Assembly (NCBI GenBank): GCA_002104945.1
Contig: MCFH01000041.1
Span: 62,001 to 126,000, forward strand
Direction: 5' to 3'
From: Piromyces finnis finn
Lineage: Eukaryota; Fungi; Neocallimastigomycota
DNA: 64,000 bases
The notes beneath the pieces were generated by a model. That model worked only from the letters and a program-made list of their open reading frames with translations, was not told the DNA's origin and made no database searches. Position 1 is the first letter of the stretch. Each line of letters begins with the position of its first letter. This document shows positions 16,775 through 35,438 of the stretch, piece after piece. The position numbers and the translations under genes are program-made.

Positions 16775-19700
16775 TTGCAAATAGTATTGATGCAATATTA
16801 TTATCACATGCAGATATTGAACATATTGGAGCATTACCATATGCTATAACAAAATATAAAATGACATGTAGTGTTTATGCTACAATTCCTGTTCAAAACA
16901 TGGGACAAATGTGTCTATATGATGCTGTTCAATCACATTTAGCAACAGAAGACTTCACAAAATTTTCATTAGATGATATTGATAATACTTTTGAAAAAAT
17001 CATCCAATTGAGATATCAACAACCTTTTTTATTATCTGGTATTTTTTCTAAAAATAATAAATAAATAAATATAAAATCTTAAAATCGGTTAATTTAAATG
17101 TAAACTGACGAATTTCATATTATACTTCTAAAACTAAAATAAAGGTAAATGTAAAGGTATTATAATAACAGCATATTCAGCTGGACATACTTTAGGAGGA
17201 ACAATATGGAAAATTAAAAAAGATACAGATGAGATTTTATACGCAGTTAATTATAATCACAAAAAAGAAAGGTAGTTTAATAATTTATTATCAATTAAAA
17301 ATCCCAATATTAAATTAAAATTTCATTAATAATTCATTAGACATTTAGAGGGAACACAGTTACATTTAAATTCAGAATTGTTTACACGCCCGTCATTATT
17401 AATTACAGATTGTAGAAATTCATTGAATGCACAACCATCAAGAAAACAAAGAGATAGTTTTTTAATTGGTATGTAATATATGTAATATATTAAAGAATTT
17501 AATTCTTAATTAAAATTACTTTTTTCAAAATTTTATTAATTTTTTTTTCTTTCTTTTTATTCTATTGAAATATAAAGATACAATATTTTCTACTCTAAAT
17601 AAAAATGGAAATGTATTAATACCGGTTGAATCAACAACTAGAATTTTAGAATTGGCGTATATATTAGATCAGCATTGGGGTAATAATAGAGTAAATTTCC
17701 CACTTGTAGTATTTACTCATCAAGGATATAGAACTTTACAATTTGCGAAAAGTATGTTGGAATGGATGAGTGATGCATTATTAAATATATTTTCTCAAAC
17801 AAGAGAAAATCCTTTTGAATTAAAGTTAGTATCATATCATAATATTTTCAAAAGCAAAGAATTAAATTAAATTAAGTAATAGAAAAAAGTATTAAAAATA
17901 TATTATATAATTGCACTTTCTAAACATTATAAAGACATATCAAGTTAAAAAATAAACTCCAAGAAGTTGAAGATTTAAAATCTCCAAAAGTAGTATTAAC
18001 ATCAATGAAAAGTTTAGAAATAGGATATGCAAGAGATTTATTTATAAATTGGGCACAAAATCCAAATAATATAGTAATTTTTCCAACAAAATGTCAGCCA
18101 AATACCTTGTCAGAAAAATTATATAATTTATGGTTTAATATTGTAAAAGAAATGTCAGATGATATTAAGCCAGCGGCTAATGTCAATATTGATTTAGAAC
18201 TTGAGGTACTATAAATATTAGAAATTCATCTTCTTAATATTCACTTTATATATAAATATATAAATAGCAATTGTATTATAAAATAAAGTAAATAATAATT
18301 ATTAATTTTTAATATTATATATATAATAGATAAAATCACGAATTCCATTAGAAGGAGAAGAATTGAAAGAATTTCTTCGACTTGATCAAATTAAAAAAGA
18401 AAAAGAAGCTGCTGAAGCTGCTCAAAGAAAGCATAATTTATTAATTATGGAAGATGATGATAATGATGATAATGATGATAACGACGAAATTGATGTTAAT
18501 TTATTAAACACCCAATTTGATTTATATGTTAGAGATACCAATAACATGGATTATATGACTAATATGTATTATGTAAATCAATCATATAAAATGTATCCAT
18601 GTAATGACCAAAAGAAAAAATTTGATGATTATGGTGAAGTTATTAATGCAGCAGAATACACACATGATGAATTTCAATCATCTGAAATTGAACAAATAGA
18701 TAAAGATAATAATGAAGAAGTAAAATTTAATTAATATTACTCTATATATTAACTTATTAATGTTATATATCATAATAATTTATATTTCTTTATATATATA
18801 TATATAATAATTTTATTTATAATAATATTATAAAATATTTAGCAAGTAGATTTAATGAAAATTGATAAACCAGAAAGAGAAACAGAACTATCTATACCAT
18901 CTAAATGTATAAGCCATACAAGAAATGTACCAATTAAATGTAAAATTTGTTATATCGATTTTGAAGGTCTTTCTGATGGAAAATCTATAAAAAATATCAT
19001 ACCACAAGTTGCACCAAAAAAACTCGTAAGTTAAATACACATTCTCCTTTTTATTTCCTTATTTGTTATTTTATCATAATAAGTGACGCGCTTAAAATTA
19101 TTAATTATATTATTATTAATGATTATTTATATATTATTACTTTTTTCGATTCAATTATTTATATTAATAACAATAAGATATTAATTCATGGTAATGAAGA
19201 GCAAACTTTACATTTACAAGAATTTTGCAAATCAGTTATATCTAATGGTGTTGAAGCACCTCATGTTGGTGAATGCATTAATGTTTCAGCAGCTACAAAT
19301 ATATATCAAGTAATTTTAAATAAAGCAATATTGCTTTTAATGATTAAATATTAAATATATTTTAATATATTAAATTTTATTAATATTTATATAATCATTA
19401 GATTAAACTCACTGATACACTTGTTAATTCTTTAGATATGGCTAAAGTAATTTTATATAAATAAGTATATATAATTATTATTTATGAACAATATTTATTA
19501 ATATTTTTTGTTTATTTGTTTATATGTTTTTGTTTTATTTATATTCAATAGATGGATGATTATGAATTGGCATTTATTCAAGGACAAATAGAATTAAATG
19601 ATATGAATCAAAATCCTGTATTGGATATCATTCCTCCTGAAGAAAAAAATAAAAATAATGATTATATCCCATCTATTATTATTGGAGATCTAAAACTATC

Positions 19701-19998
19701 AGAATTTAAAAAATTATTACAGCATGAAGGATATGATGCTGAATTTATTCCAAGTGGTTTATTAGTAAATGAATCTATACTTATTCAAAAGGTAAAATTA
19801 TATATAATGTTTTTTTAGATAACTAAATTAAAAATTAAAAAGTCATATATTAATTATTATTTTTTTATCAAATTATTATAAACATTTATATTAATTATTT
19901 AAAAGAATGAATCTGGAAAATTAATAATAGAAGGTTCTCTGAGTTCTGAGTATTATAAAGTTAGATCATTATTATATAACCAATTTGCTATTTTGTAA
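16469..19998 (+). CDS. CPSF2: Cleavage and polyadenylation specificity factor subunit 2 (CPSF100/Cft2); multi-exon
   Basis: [109 protein letters not shown]-terminal [15 protein letters not shown]. Confidence 0.93.
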
Positions 19999-20418
19999 TT
20001 CTAAATAATAATAATAAAAATAATAATAATAATAGAACTAATAATATGAATAAGTATTATTCATTGATAAACATGAAATATAAATACCATTACTTTATAT
20101 AATTTATTACTTATTCTTTATTGAACTTATGTAACTTTTAAAAAAGAATCATAATGACTATAATAATAAAAATTTAAACATCAATAATTTAATATTATAA
20201 TAAATTTTTAACTTTTTATATATTATGATTATAATTTTTTATTAAACTTTATTATATAAATGTTTAACATTTGATTTCTAATAATTTTAAGAATTGTAAT
20301 CTGTAATTAAAATTTCTTTTTAAAGTTTTAATTTAATATAAATAAATTATAAATAAAGTAAGAATAAAAGTGGATTTTGAAGTTCGTATTTTTAATTTCA
20401 AATATAAAGTATAATCAT

Positions 20419-21501
20419 ATGGAAAATCAAATTAATATAAAAAAGATAATTATAATTCAGAAAATAGTAAGAGGTATATATTTCAAATATATATGCTTAA
20501 CAACTTTATAAATATTTATCTAAATAATTTATATTAATATAAAAGGATTTTTAGTACGACAAAGACTACGAAAATGTAATGAAAATGCAATTAAAATACA
20601 GTCATTATATAGAGGGTATGTTACAAGAAAATCTTTTAGAATTTATAAAGATTTATATTCTAAAAAAAAAATAATAGAAAATTCATTAATAAAACATGAA
20701 AAATTTCTGAAAAATAAATTGGAAGAATTACAAAAATTACGCCAACTTTCTAATAATAAATACTTTGAATACAAAAAGGAAAGCAGAAATAATGCTGCTA
20801 TTATAATACAAAAAACATGGAGAGGTCACTATACAAGAAAAAACATCAATAAAATAAAGCAAATGCAAAGTCTCTTATCACTTTACGAAGATAAAGATAA
20901 TAATAATATGATTGATTTATCCTTCATTGAAAAAAATAATTCACAAAATTTAATCAATGACAAAATTTGGTTAAAAAAGAAATTTGAAATAATTGATAAT
21001 AGTATGCATAAATATAGAAGAGAATGTAAAAAGAACAAATGTTTTAATGAAAATAATACTGAAGAAGTAAAGAAAGCTCTAACAGAAAGATTAAAAAATG
21101 CTCAAAATATAATGGATATATATTACGAAAACTACTTTCATTTCTTTCAATTAAAAAAAGAAATATATGAAAATAAAAATGCATTAGATATTCTATCTCT
21201 AAATTGTAATAATTATTTTCTATATATATAAATTATAGTTATACAAATAATCATTAATATCAATGTTATTGTTTAATATTATTTATATTACTTATCAATA
21301 GTAAATTGTAAAAAAATTAATGACTTAAAACTACTTCCTGTTGTAAAACAAAATTTATCCTCAATGGAAATTAAAAAAGTGCATCAAAAATTAATTAATG
21401 ATGTCAAAATGCCATGGTGGAAAGTATTGAAAAATAATTATGATTTAAATCATATTGATTTTGATTATATTAATGAAATTTTTCAAAATAGGGTAAAATA
21501 A
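20419..21501 (+). CDS. IQ-motif protein resembling the C-terminal half of IQCB1/NPHP5, 304 aa; exons 20419-20473, 20546-21205, 21302-21501
   Basis: Three IQ motifs (IQKIVRGFLVR, IQSLYRGYVTR, IQKTWRGHYTR), coiled-coil segments and a C-terminal PWWK motif recalled from IQCB1. Confidence 0.65.
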
Positions 21502-21801
21502 TAGTACTAATAATAATAATAGGTATCATAATTTATAAGAATAAATAAAAATTAGTTATATTTAAAAATATCATACTTTTAATAAAAGTAAGAATTTTTT
21601 CATGTATAAAAGTATGTTCTCTTATTTATTCTATACTTCCTTTTTTCTTTAATTCTAAATAATACTGTTTAAATTATTAAATTTGCTTTTGTATATTCAT
21701 AAATTAATTTTTATAGTTTTTTGTTCATTTGTTTTTTATTTTAATATTTATATGTATTTTTTATTCTGAATTTATATATCTATTATTCAATTTCATTATT
21801 T

Positions 21802-23364
21802 TTATTTGTAATCAATTGGTATTAAATTCTTTGTCGTCCATGTAAATATAAAACGAAGAATAAATACAACTATAGTAAGTAATCCTAAAATAATTGAGCA
21901 TACAGTAAATAATATTTTTCCACTTTCATTAGCATATATATATGTTAATAAAGCTATTGCCATATTAATAACACTTAGTATGTAAATGGCATTAATCCAT
22001 CCAAAAAAAATCGAATTTTTTTCTTTTATGATTAATGAATAATAATCATAGATAAGTAATCCAAATAATATCAATGTCAATAATAAACATATTGAAAATA
22101 ATAAGTTTCTTCTATGAATTATAAGGGGTTCTGAACGCATACTTTTTCTAGTTTTATATTCATAATATAATTTTCTTCCTTCCACATTATCAGTAAATTC
22201 AATAGGATAATAGTATCGTTCTTCATTTTCATTATATACATCATTTTGTTTTTTAAATTCTCTACTTGAAATTACATTAGTTTTCTTATAAGCATTATTC
22301 ATCTTTTGAAGCATAATTTTATCAATAAAACCCAAATTCTCATGAGATTTATACAATAAAAGATCTAATGAACTAGAAAAACCTCTTTTTTTTTTTTCAT
22401 CTTCTTTAATTTCATTATCTAATGCAAAAGTTGCTTTTTTTTTTACTTTCTTATCTTTATGTTGATCTCTCGATTTTTCAATATTTAAATCATTTCCTGT
22501 GTTTAAATCAGGTAAAGAATTGCATTTGCTTTTATCTATACTACCTTTAATTTCATTTAATGAATTATTTTTTTCCATTAAATTTTCTTCTAAACTTTCT
22601 TTAATGCTTTTTTCTGATATGAAGGTTGAATGTTCTCTTGTATTAGAGAGACTTCGTTTTGATTTATTAAGTCTACCTTTAAATCTATTATTATTTTCAA
22701 TACAATTAATACTTTCTGTGATACTTTCAGTTTTATGAAAAACACGAATCAAAGATTTAGTATATGTTGTATGATCTTCAATATTAGCTATTCTACTATG
22801 TTTAATTGGAATACTACTTCGTTTTCCTATCGAATCTATTAAAGTATTGTTATTGCTATCATAGTTGTAATTTAAATCATTCGTTTTTAGATCTATATCA
22901 TTACTTTCTAAAAAAATGCTTTTTGATTCTTCTTTCTTTTCATTAATTTTATTTAAATTATTAAGTTTTTTCTCTATATTTTCTTCTACATCATCAAACA
23001 TATCACATAAATCAAAATCAGTAGTTGTTTCTTTTTGGAATTCTCCTTTCAGTACTTCATCTTTAATTATTTGATTTGGTAAACTGTCAATAAGATTTGG
23101 AGGTGGATATTTACTTAAAGTCGACAGTGGTTTTGTTGATGACTCATTATTATATGAAGTATTTACATTAGCAGGAACATCTTCTTTATATATTTTTTCT
23201 TCTGTTATATCAGCATTATTATTAATTGCTTCTGTTGTAGGTTCTACATTATTTTCCATTATTTCATTATTGTTTTTAATATCTATATTTTTATTATTAA
23301 TAATATTGAAATTTATATTTTCATTGTTTTTATTATTTTCTATATTAAGGTTTTTATTCTCCAT
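21802..23364 (-). CDS. Hypothetical protein, 520 aa, low-complexity N-terminus and three C-terminal TM helices
   Basis: Long single ORF; hydrophobic segments LLFSICLLLTLILFGLLIY, FFGWINAIYILSVINMAIALLTYIY, ILFTVCSIILGLLTIVVFILRFIF. Confidence 0.75.
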   Translation of the reverse strand: MENKNLNIENNKNNENINFNIINNKNIDIKNNNEIMENNVEPTTEAINNNADITEEKIYKEDVPANVNTSYNNESSTKPLSTLSKYPPPNLIDSLPNQIIKDEVLKGEFQKETTTDFDLCDMFDDVEENIEKKLNNLNKINEKKEESKSIFLESNDIDLKTNDLNYNYDSNNNTLIDSIGKRSSIPIKHSRIANIEDHTTYTKSLIRVFHKTESITESINCIENNNRFKGRLNKSKRSLSNTREHSTFISEKSIKESLEENLMEKNNSLNEIKGSIDKSKCNSLPDLNTGNDLNIEKSRDQHKDKKVKKKATFALDNEIKEDEKKKRGFSSSLDLLLYKSHENLGFIDKIMLQKMNNAYKKTNVISSREFKKQNDVYNENEERYYYPIEFTDNVEGRKLYYEYKTRKSMRSEPLIIHRRNLLFSICLLLTLILFGLLIYDYYSLIIKEKNSIFFGWINAIYILSVINMAIALLTYIYANESGKILFTVCSIILGLLTIVVFILRFIFTWTTKNLIPIDYK

Positions 23365-23818
23365 ATGATAAGTATTAACGTTATTATTTAAAATATTAGA
23401 TTGTTAACTAAATAATAAAAAAAAATTTTTATTACTAGTTACATTTTATTTATCATAAAAATATACTTATTATTGTTGTTATATCAATTAAATTATTATA
23501 GTTTTTTCAAATTTTATTAAAATAGTTTTTTTAATTTGAATTTTAAACTTTAGCATTTATTAAATATATATTTATTATTAATAAAAAAGAAATGCATAAA
23601 TAATTGAAAATACATATAACAAATCTTAATTCTTGTTACTACTTAATCATTTTATTTTTTCTTAAATTATTATTTAATCAGTTTTTATAAAGTTATATTA
23701 ATATTAATATATAAATAACAGTTTAACCCTTAATATGACTAATTATTAATTATTTAATCATCATTTTTAAATTTATTTTAAAAATTAACAAAAATTTAAA
23801 TTATTTTCAAAATGTAGC

Positions 23819-24140
<322 letters not shown>

Positions 24141-24333
24141 TTATACTTCTTTAATATACAGGTTTTCTAATGTTTAAAAAACTTTTATTTCAATTATTAA
24201 AAAAAAATACAGCTTCAATATAAGAAAAAAATATTTATTAATTTTGACTTAAAATTATTAATATCATTATTAATTTTTATAAAAATAAATAATAATAATA
24301 AATATATATATTAAAAGCTATTTATTATTTGTA

Positions 24334-27906
<3,573 letters not shown>

Positions 27907-28450
27907 TTTTATTAAAATAATTTTATTTTAACAGTTTTTTTACCGTTTATATCCTTATAATAACCTTTTTTACTACCACAAATACTTCAAATACTTAGAA
28001 TAATCTTAAAATAAAATGAACTATTAATATTTAATATCGAGATTTATATAACATAAAAACTTAAACATTAATAACTTTATTTTATAACACTTTTATACCA
28101 AATTCTTTTATTTAAATAATTTTAATAAAAAAACTTATTTAACAATTTTAAAAGACAAATAATTATACTTTTTACAATTTAGATTATTTCCTTAACTTTA
28201 ACAATAACTTAATTTATATTTAATAATCACATTTCTACCAAACTTTTTTTTAAACAACATCATACTTCCAATTATAATTTAAAATTTATTGCATTTCAAT
28301 CCATTATAAAGCATTATTAATTTTGTTTATAACAAAATGTTTATAATTATTAATAATATAAATTCAATACTCTTTTAACTAACACAAAAAAGTTATAATA
28401 CGATATAATTCATTTTAGTTGAAAGTGTAAATAGTTTATTCACAATTTAT

Positions 28451-29724
28451 TTAAGCTTCAACTTGAACTTCTTGTGAGGCTTCACTATCGTAAACAATAG
28501 TCTTAGTGACGATTTCTTCTTCGTCTTCCTTTGGATCCTTGATTCTGACATTATCTGGGAATGGGTTCTTTGGACCTCTTCTACCAGTTGGATCGTAATC
28601 CATCATAATCTTGACCTTAACACCAAGAACACCTTTTAATTTATTATTTATAAAAGTTTAGTTATCATGATTTCTTTATAAATTTTATTTATACATCTAA
28701 TTAATTACCTTGTCTAAGAAGAACGTGTCTAGTGGCCTTGTCAATGTATTGACGGATTGGTTCACCAGAGTGAAGTAATAAACCGTCAGAGAACTTCATG
28801 GACTTGGCACGAGCAGCACGAAGCTTACCAGAGACAATAACTTCACAACCCTTAGCACCAGCGTCCATAACGAAACGAAGAACACCGTAGCAAGCTCTAT
28901 TTAATTTTAAAAAATATTTAATATCATTCATATAGATAACTTGTATTCAAAATATCATTTTACCTTCTGACAGCAAGACCTTGGAGAAGCTTGAACTTAA
29001 GGGATTCAGCTTGAGCAATAGCACAGAGACCACGAATTTCAACCTTTTCAGCGTAAAGTTCAACAGAGTTTTCTGGGAAGTTGAATCTCTTTTGAACAAC
29101 TGAAGTAAGTTCTCTAATACGACGACCCTTTTCACCAAGAACATCTCTGGTACGAGTAGCACGAATAATAATTTCAGTACGAGCTGGAGTGACACGAACT
29201 TCAACACCAGAGTAACCTTCTTCGGCTAATTCACGAGTAAGGAATTCGTTTAATTCGGCGTAGAAAACACCATCAGCGACGAACTATTTTATTAATTATA
29301 TATTAATTTCATTGATATTAGTACCTTGTGTGTATAATTTTATTAACGATTAAGTGTATTCTCTAATATATTGATTCTATTTGAAATTATATATTTGAAT
29401 ATCATCAGTTTAATATAATCCTGTTATATAAGTTCTCGGATATTTCAGCATTAAACTTCATTCAATATACATCCATTTTATTTAATTTACATTACTATTT
29501 TATTTAAATATAGACATATTTAAAATATAACATGCCTTAGCACATTATATTATTTCATGTAATTAATATATATTACTACATTAATATACACATATAGTAA
29601 TTATACATAAATACATATATATCATAACAAAAACATTCATTCATTAAAAACATAAAACATTCATTTATTTCTTTTCATCATTTCAATTTAGTTTTACCTT
29701 TCTTTTTTTAGAAATCTGTGCCAT
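28451..29724 (-). CDS. RPS3: 40S ribosomal protein S3 (uS3); 4 exons, first intron 29284-29697
   Basis: MAQISKKRK|[44 protein letters not shown]..|[35 protein letters not shown]..|[15 protein letters not shown]. Confidence 0.97.
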
Positions 29725-29835
29725 GTTTACTATATATCGATTCTTCCGAAAGAAATTAAATAAAATTTGAATCGAAATGAGAAAGAGAGTGAATAACTAG
29801 GAACTAACTTCACAACCACCAATATTCTATAAGCA

Positions 29836-29901
29836 TCACGTGTTTAGTGAGCCACAATATAATTAATATATTCTATATATATTAATATGGTATATGATTG
29901 G
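29836..29901. promoter_or_regulatory. Candidate RPS3 promoter elements: TCACGTG (E-box), GTGAGCCACAA, TGATTGG (CCAAT box)
   Basis: GC-rich motifs 110-180 bp upstream of the RPS3 ATG in very AT-rich DNA; GTGAGCCACAA recurs exactly at 10737. Confidence 0.4.
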
Positions 29902-30464
29902 TATATTCATCAAAATATATAAATTTCCTTTAATTTTATTTGCTAAAACCAAATCCCACGAAATTATTTACATTTTTATTTAATGTATAAAAAATGTATT
30001 TATTATTGTTCAATAATCTAACCTTTTAAAATGTTGTGTTACGTTACACATAATTATATATATTAAGATATATTAAGAATATTTAAATAAAATATTTTAA
30101 ATTATAAAAACAAAAAGTAATTAATTATATTCATTAAACTTTTTATAAATAATAAAATCTTTTATATTAAAATTTTAATTTAGCGTAATTAAAAATAACA
30201 TTTTATGTAAAATTTTTCTATATTATTGTTATTTAATATTTTTTTAGTTCCTTCCATTTTTGAAAATAAATCATTATTTAATATTTTAAATCTAATAATT
30301 ATTTATATCTTATTATTAAAAAATTTATATTAAACCCATATTTTATTTAATAATTTACAATTTTATTATACAATAAAAATATAATTTAAAAATAATATAT
30401 ATTTATTAAAATATTGTATACCAAAAAGGCAAAAACAAAAAGTGTAATATTATGAATTTCTTTA

Positions 30465-30564
<100 letters not shown>

Positions 30565-31017
30565 TAAAGATATCAAGCAATACTTCCTAAGTATAATATA
30601 TAATATAAATAAAAACTTAATATTTTATATAAAACATTTTATTTTTAATATAAAAAATGATATATCATCTTAAAATACTGTACACTTTATAATCCTTGTT
30701 CATTTGCAATATACTACAAAAATGTATAATCTTAAATACTTATATAATTAATAACAATATAATACTATTATTATTATATGAATTTTATTATATTAATATG
30801 TAAATGATATATTTTTTATTTTTGCTAAAATATATTATTAGTTCTAAATTTTTTCTTATATTTTATAATATATATGACTATACAATATTTGTTTGTTTAC
30901 TTTTTTTATAAATATTCTTTTATTTTTATAATCTAAAAATAAGTAATTTGACTTGATAAAAATTTTATTTATTCTATCAAGAAAAACTTAACATTTTATT
31001 TCTTTTTTATTCTAAAT

Positions 31018-34000
31018 TTAACTAGTAAATTGAAGATCCCATGTTTTCAACCATTTACGGGAAACTAGTTGATCATGAGATGAGAACTTAAAACCATAAA
31101 TTATTGGTGAAAAGTAAATAAAAATACCAAATGTAATAAGGGAAACAACACCAATTATTATCCAATAATACTTTGGTATTTGAGCTTGATAAATTACTTT
31201 ATTTTCTTTGGTAGTAATAGATTTTTTTTCTGTTTCTTGAGGAATGAAAACATATAAAAATATAAATTCAAACAAAGCACCAACAATCATAAAACCAAAG
31301 ATTGAAGCTGGAAGATAATGATGTAAGAAAAGAGATCTACCCATAATAAAGAATGGAAGATAGTGAAGTAAATAACCAATAAATAAGAAACCAGCAGTTC
31401 TATCCCACCATATACGAACCTTAGTATAAAGTTGGTTAATACCACGATGTTCTAATAATCTATCAACAATCCAAATTGAACAATATGAAATATAAACAAT
31501 TAAAGAAATAAAGTAAGTGAAAGGATTACCAAGTAAATAAATTTGTTGTTCTGTTTCCTTATTTTCCCAGAATGAAATACCACGAGTTAATACTGGCCAG
31601 GATTGTGGTCTTGATTGATATGGATGTGGTTTAGTTAAAGCGTTATTTTGTGAAAGCATTACACCTTGAAGTTCTATATATTTTGAGAAGAAATTCATCT
31701 TTTTAACCTTTGGTAGAATTTTTTTTAATTCTTCAGCCTCTTCTGCAGCAGTCTCAGCTTCATTCTTAATAGTTTCATGCTGAACTGTTTCAATAGTCCA
31801 GACGTTTAAACGATCCATAATCTTTTTTTCACCATTAACTTCTTGTTGCTTAAATCCCCATTCTGGTAATTTACTAATATGAGAGTAAATAGCTACATTA
31901 TGAACATAATTAACAAAACGAAGATGTTGACCACGACTACGAATGACACCAGTCTTATCACCACCAGCAAGGAGTTCAACTCTCCATAAAGTTTCATCAT
32001 ATCTATTTGGATCCATACTTTTAGCTTGAGTAGTCATTTCCATATTAGTAGACATCAATGGAGAAGCAACATCATGAGTAATTAAATAAGAATCTGTTTT
32101 AATATGTCTAAAACGAACTAAATCACCAACTTGAACATAAGATACCATTTTGTCCGCATATTTATTATGTGGTTTTGGAATAACAACTCTGCTATTACTA
32201 TTAAGTGAAGAATCAACTGGTTCAATACACCAAACATTATTTTCATCAGCATATGGATAACCAGTAACTTGTTGTCCTTGACTAGAAACACGTTGATCTT
32301 TATAACGAAGAGGATATCTGTGTGGATGGGAATGAAGATAAACATCAGTATCCTTATGTTTAATAGTAATGTTAGCATAATATGGAACAGCTTAAATAAT
32401 TTAAGATTTTATTATTGAATTGTATATACACACAAAATATTTATAAAATATTGATTTATTAAAAAATTTATTAAAAATTTAATATTAAATTTATATATTG
32501 TCTTAATTATGAAACAAAATTTATATGTAAATATATTATAATTGCATTTCTTATTAAAAGCTTACCAACACTAAGTTTAACTATTTCACTTCCTTGTAAA
32601 GATCTTTGGAATCTTGGACTCATAAAGCCATCACCTGGACCACTGTATTTTAAAATATGAAAATGAATAGCAAAGAATGATAAATAAAGAGAAAGTGGAA
32701 TTGCAATTAAACAAAGAGCTCTAGCACCAAAATGTTGCCAGAAGCGATTTATTGAAAGAGCATATGGTTTACGATTAATATCTAATAATCCCCATAAATC
32801 AATTAATGTAGCAATACCGACTAAAGCGATAACAAGTAAACCTACTAATTTAACACTATTTTACGCGTGTGTATAATAATATAAATAATATGTAAGTTTA
32901 AATGATTATTTATTATATAAATAATGCAATGATAAAAAATGTTAATGGAACTTTTAAATACAAAAATTATATCTATTATATATACCCTAAAGTACAACCA
33001 AGAAAGACACCAGTTAAAGTTAAATTAATCCACCATTTTGGAGTAAATGGACTGTATTTAATAAAAAATAAATAGTTAGAAAAGCATATTAATCTTTAAT
33101 AAAACTAAATATTATAAATACCAACTTTTTACGTTCATTCCAGAACTTAACCCAAAAAAGGATAGTACAAAAACAGAACAAAATTAACATGTTATCTAAA
33201 AGAATAAGTCTTGATTGAGTAACTAAGCCATTATCTTTTTTGTTTTATATTATTATATAAAAAAATATTAATTAATTAATTAATTGTAATATTAAATTTT
33301 TAAAATATGTATTTACCAAAAATAGTCATAGCAGCAACCAAAATGGCAGTTGGTAATGAAAATCTCATATTTTTCATAATTAAGAAAACAACTGGTGGTA
33401 TTAATGCACCAAATAATGCAATGCCAGATCTTAATCTAATATATGGAACTTTATTATCAATATAACTATCACCAATATTTTCAAAATCAAAATGGCCATC
33501 ATATCCAACTAAATAACCAACTAATGCAACAATTAGTCTACCAAGTGGTGGGTGAACATCAAAATAAAAAGTACGACGAAGATAATAACTAGCAAATTTA
33601 CCAAAGTGAACTTCATCAAAGCTTTTTAATAATAAAACAACAATAACATATAAGTATATTTATATAATAATAATAATAATAATAATATCAAACAGCCAAC
33701 ATATTAAATATTTATTATTTTATATAACTTACACAACTTGATTTGGTTCATTGATCTTATAATATCTAGTAATAAAACTTAAAAGAGTAACAACAATAAA
33801 AGCAATATTCCAAGAAGATTTTTCAGCTTTTGGTTGTAATAAAACATTTGGATTTTTTATAGATTTCTAAAAACAATATATTTATTTCAAAGCAATAAAT
33901 AAATTAATAAATAAGAGGGGGTAAAAAAAGTCACAATAAATTAATCTCAATTATATAAAAGTCATTATTAATAATAATAGTAAATTCAATTTTAATTCTT

Positions 34001-34160
34001 TTTATAAAAAATTAATTATATTCAAGTAGATAAAATAATAATAATTCATCTTTTTTAAATATATAAGAAGAAAAAAAAAATATTTAATTACAATGTCAAC
34101 ATTAAATTCTGAAAGTCCACTTTTCTTCGGAGATTCAGGTTCTTGAGTTCTTTTTTTCAT
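31018..34160 (-). CDS. PMT4: Dolichyl-phosphate-mannose protein O-mannosyltransferase, PMT4 subfamily; multi-exon
   Basis: Spliced motifs VFDEVHFGKFASYYLRRTFYFDVHPPLG, QSRLILLDN, MIR domain YLHSHPHRYPLRYKDQRVSSQGQQVTGY, HPYQSRPQSWP, IYLLGNP, LFLHHYLPA. Confidence 0.9.
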
Positions 34161-35438
34161 TTTTCTACTATTTAACTTTTTTTTTTTTTTTTTGTATATA
34201 AAATATAATGCAAACAAAATTGTAATAATAAAAAAATAAAAAAATAAAAAAAAAAATGTTTAATAAATTTATATTTAAAATTATACATTTAACATTTATT
34301 ACATTTATTATACCTAAAATATTCTATTTTTCAATATTTCTTTTTTTTTTTCAATTATTTATTTTTGTTTTGATTTCTTTTTTTTTTTTTTTTTTTTTAT
34401 TTATTTAATATTTAATATTTCAATTTTTATTTTATTTTTATTTTAATTTATTTTTTTTTTTTTAAAAAAAAAAACTTTTTTCTTTACTATTACTCTTGAT
34501 TTTTATTGTTTAAAAAAATAATAATAATAAATAAAAAGAAGAAAAATAAAGTATATATATATAAATAATTTATATATAATTTATATATTACAAGTTTTTG
34601 AATCCTACAGGGTTACTTTTTTTATATTTAAAAAAAAAGAAAAAGAGAAATATAATAAAATTAAAGTTTCATAATAATAATTTTTTAATTTAAAATTGTA
34701 TGAATGATTCATAAATTTAAATAATATATTAGTTTTTAAAAGATTAGTTTTTTTTATTCTATTATACACCAATTAATGACCAACATATTAATGCCAACAT
34801 AAATAACATATACTTTATTTTATTTTTAATATAAATGAAATAAGTTTTAATTATAATATAATATAGACCTAGCAAGCCACATAAACTTCGTTTTACTTAT
34901 TATTTTTTTTATTAATTTTTATTTTTTTTTATTATATATATAATTTATATATAATTATTATAGTACAACTTTTATTATAATATTTAATTTACATCATTAA
35001 TTGTAGATTACATCTATATATATTAATATTATTATAATTTAGTTTAATTTAAATATCTTTCAATTATTTATTTATTACTATTTTTTGCTTTTTTTTTTTT
35101 TTGTTTTTTTCTGTTTTTTTTTGTTTGCTATTTATTTTATTTTTATTTTTTTAATTATATTTTTCTTTTGCTTTTTTTTTTTTGTAGTTGGTTGGTTAAT
35201 CTATATATAATTGTTTCGATTTTTAATAAAGTTTTTTACTTCTATTTTTGTTTTAGCTTTTGTTTTTATATAACTCTAACGATTTATTTAGTTATGTAAT
35301 AATAATTATAAGAAATTTTTAATTGATTGATAAATATTTGATTATAAATAATAATAAAAATAAATAAAACAGAAGAAAAAAAAAGTATATATATTAATTA
35401 TAAAAATAAAATTTATTATTAATAACTAATTTTCTTGT

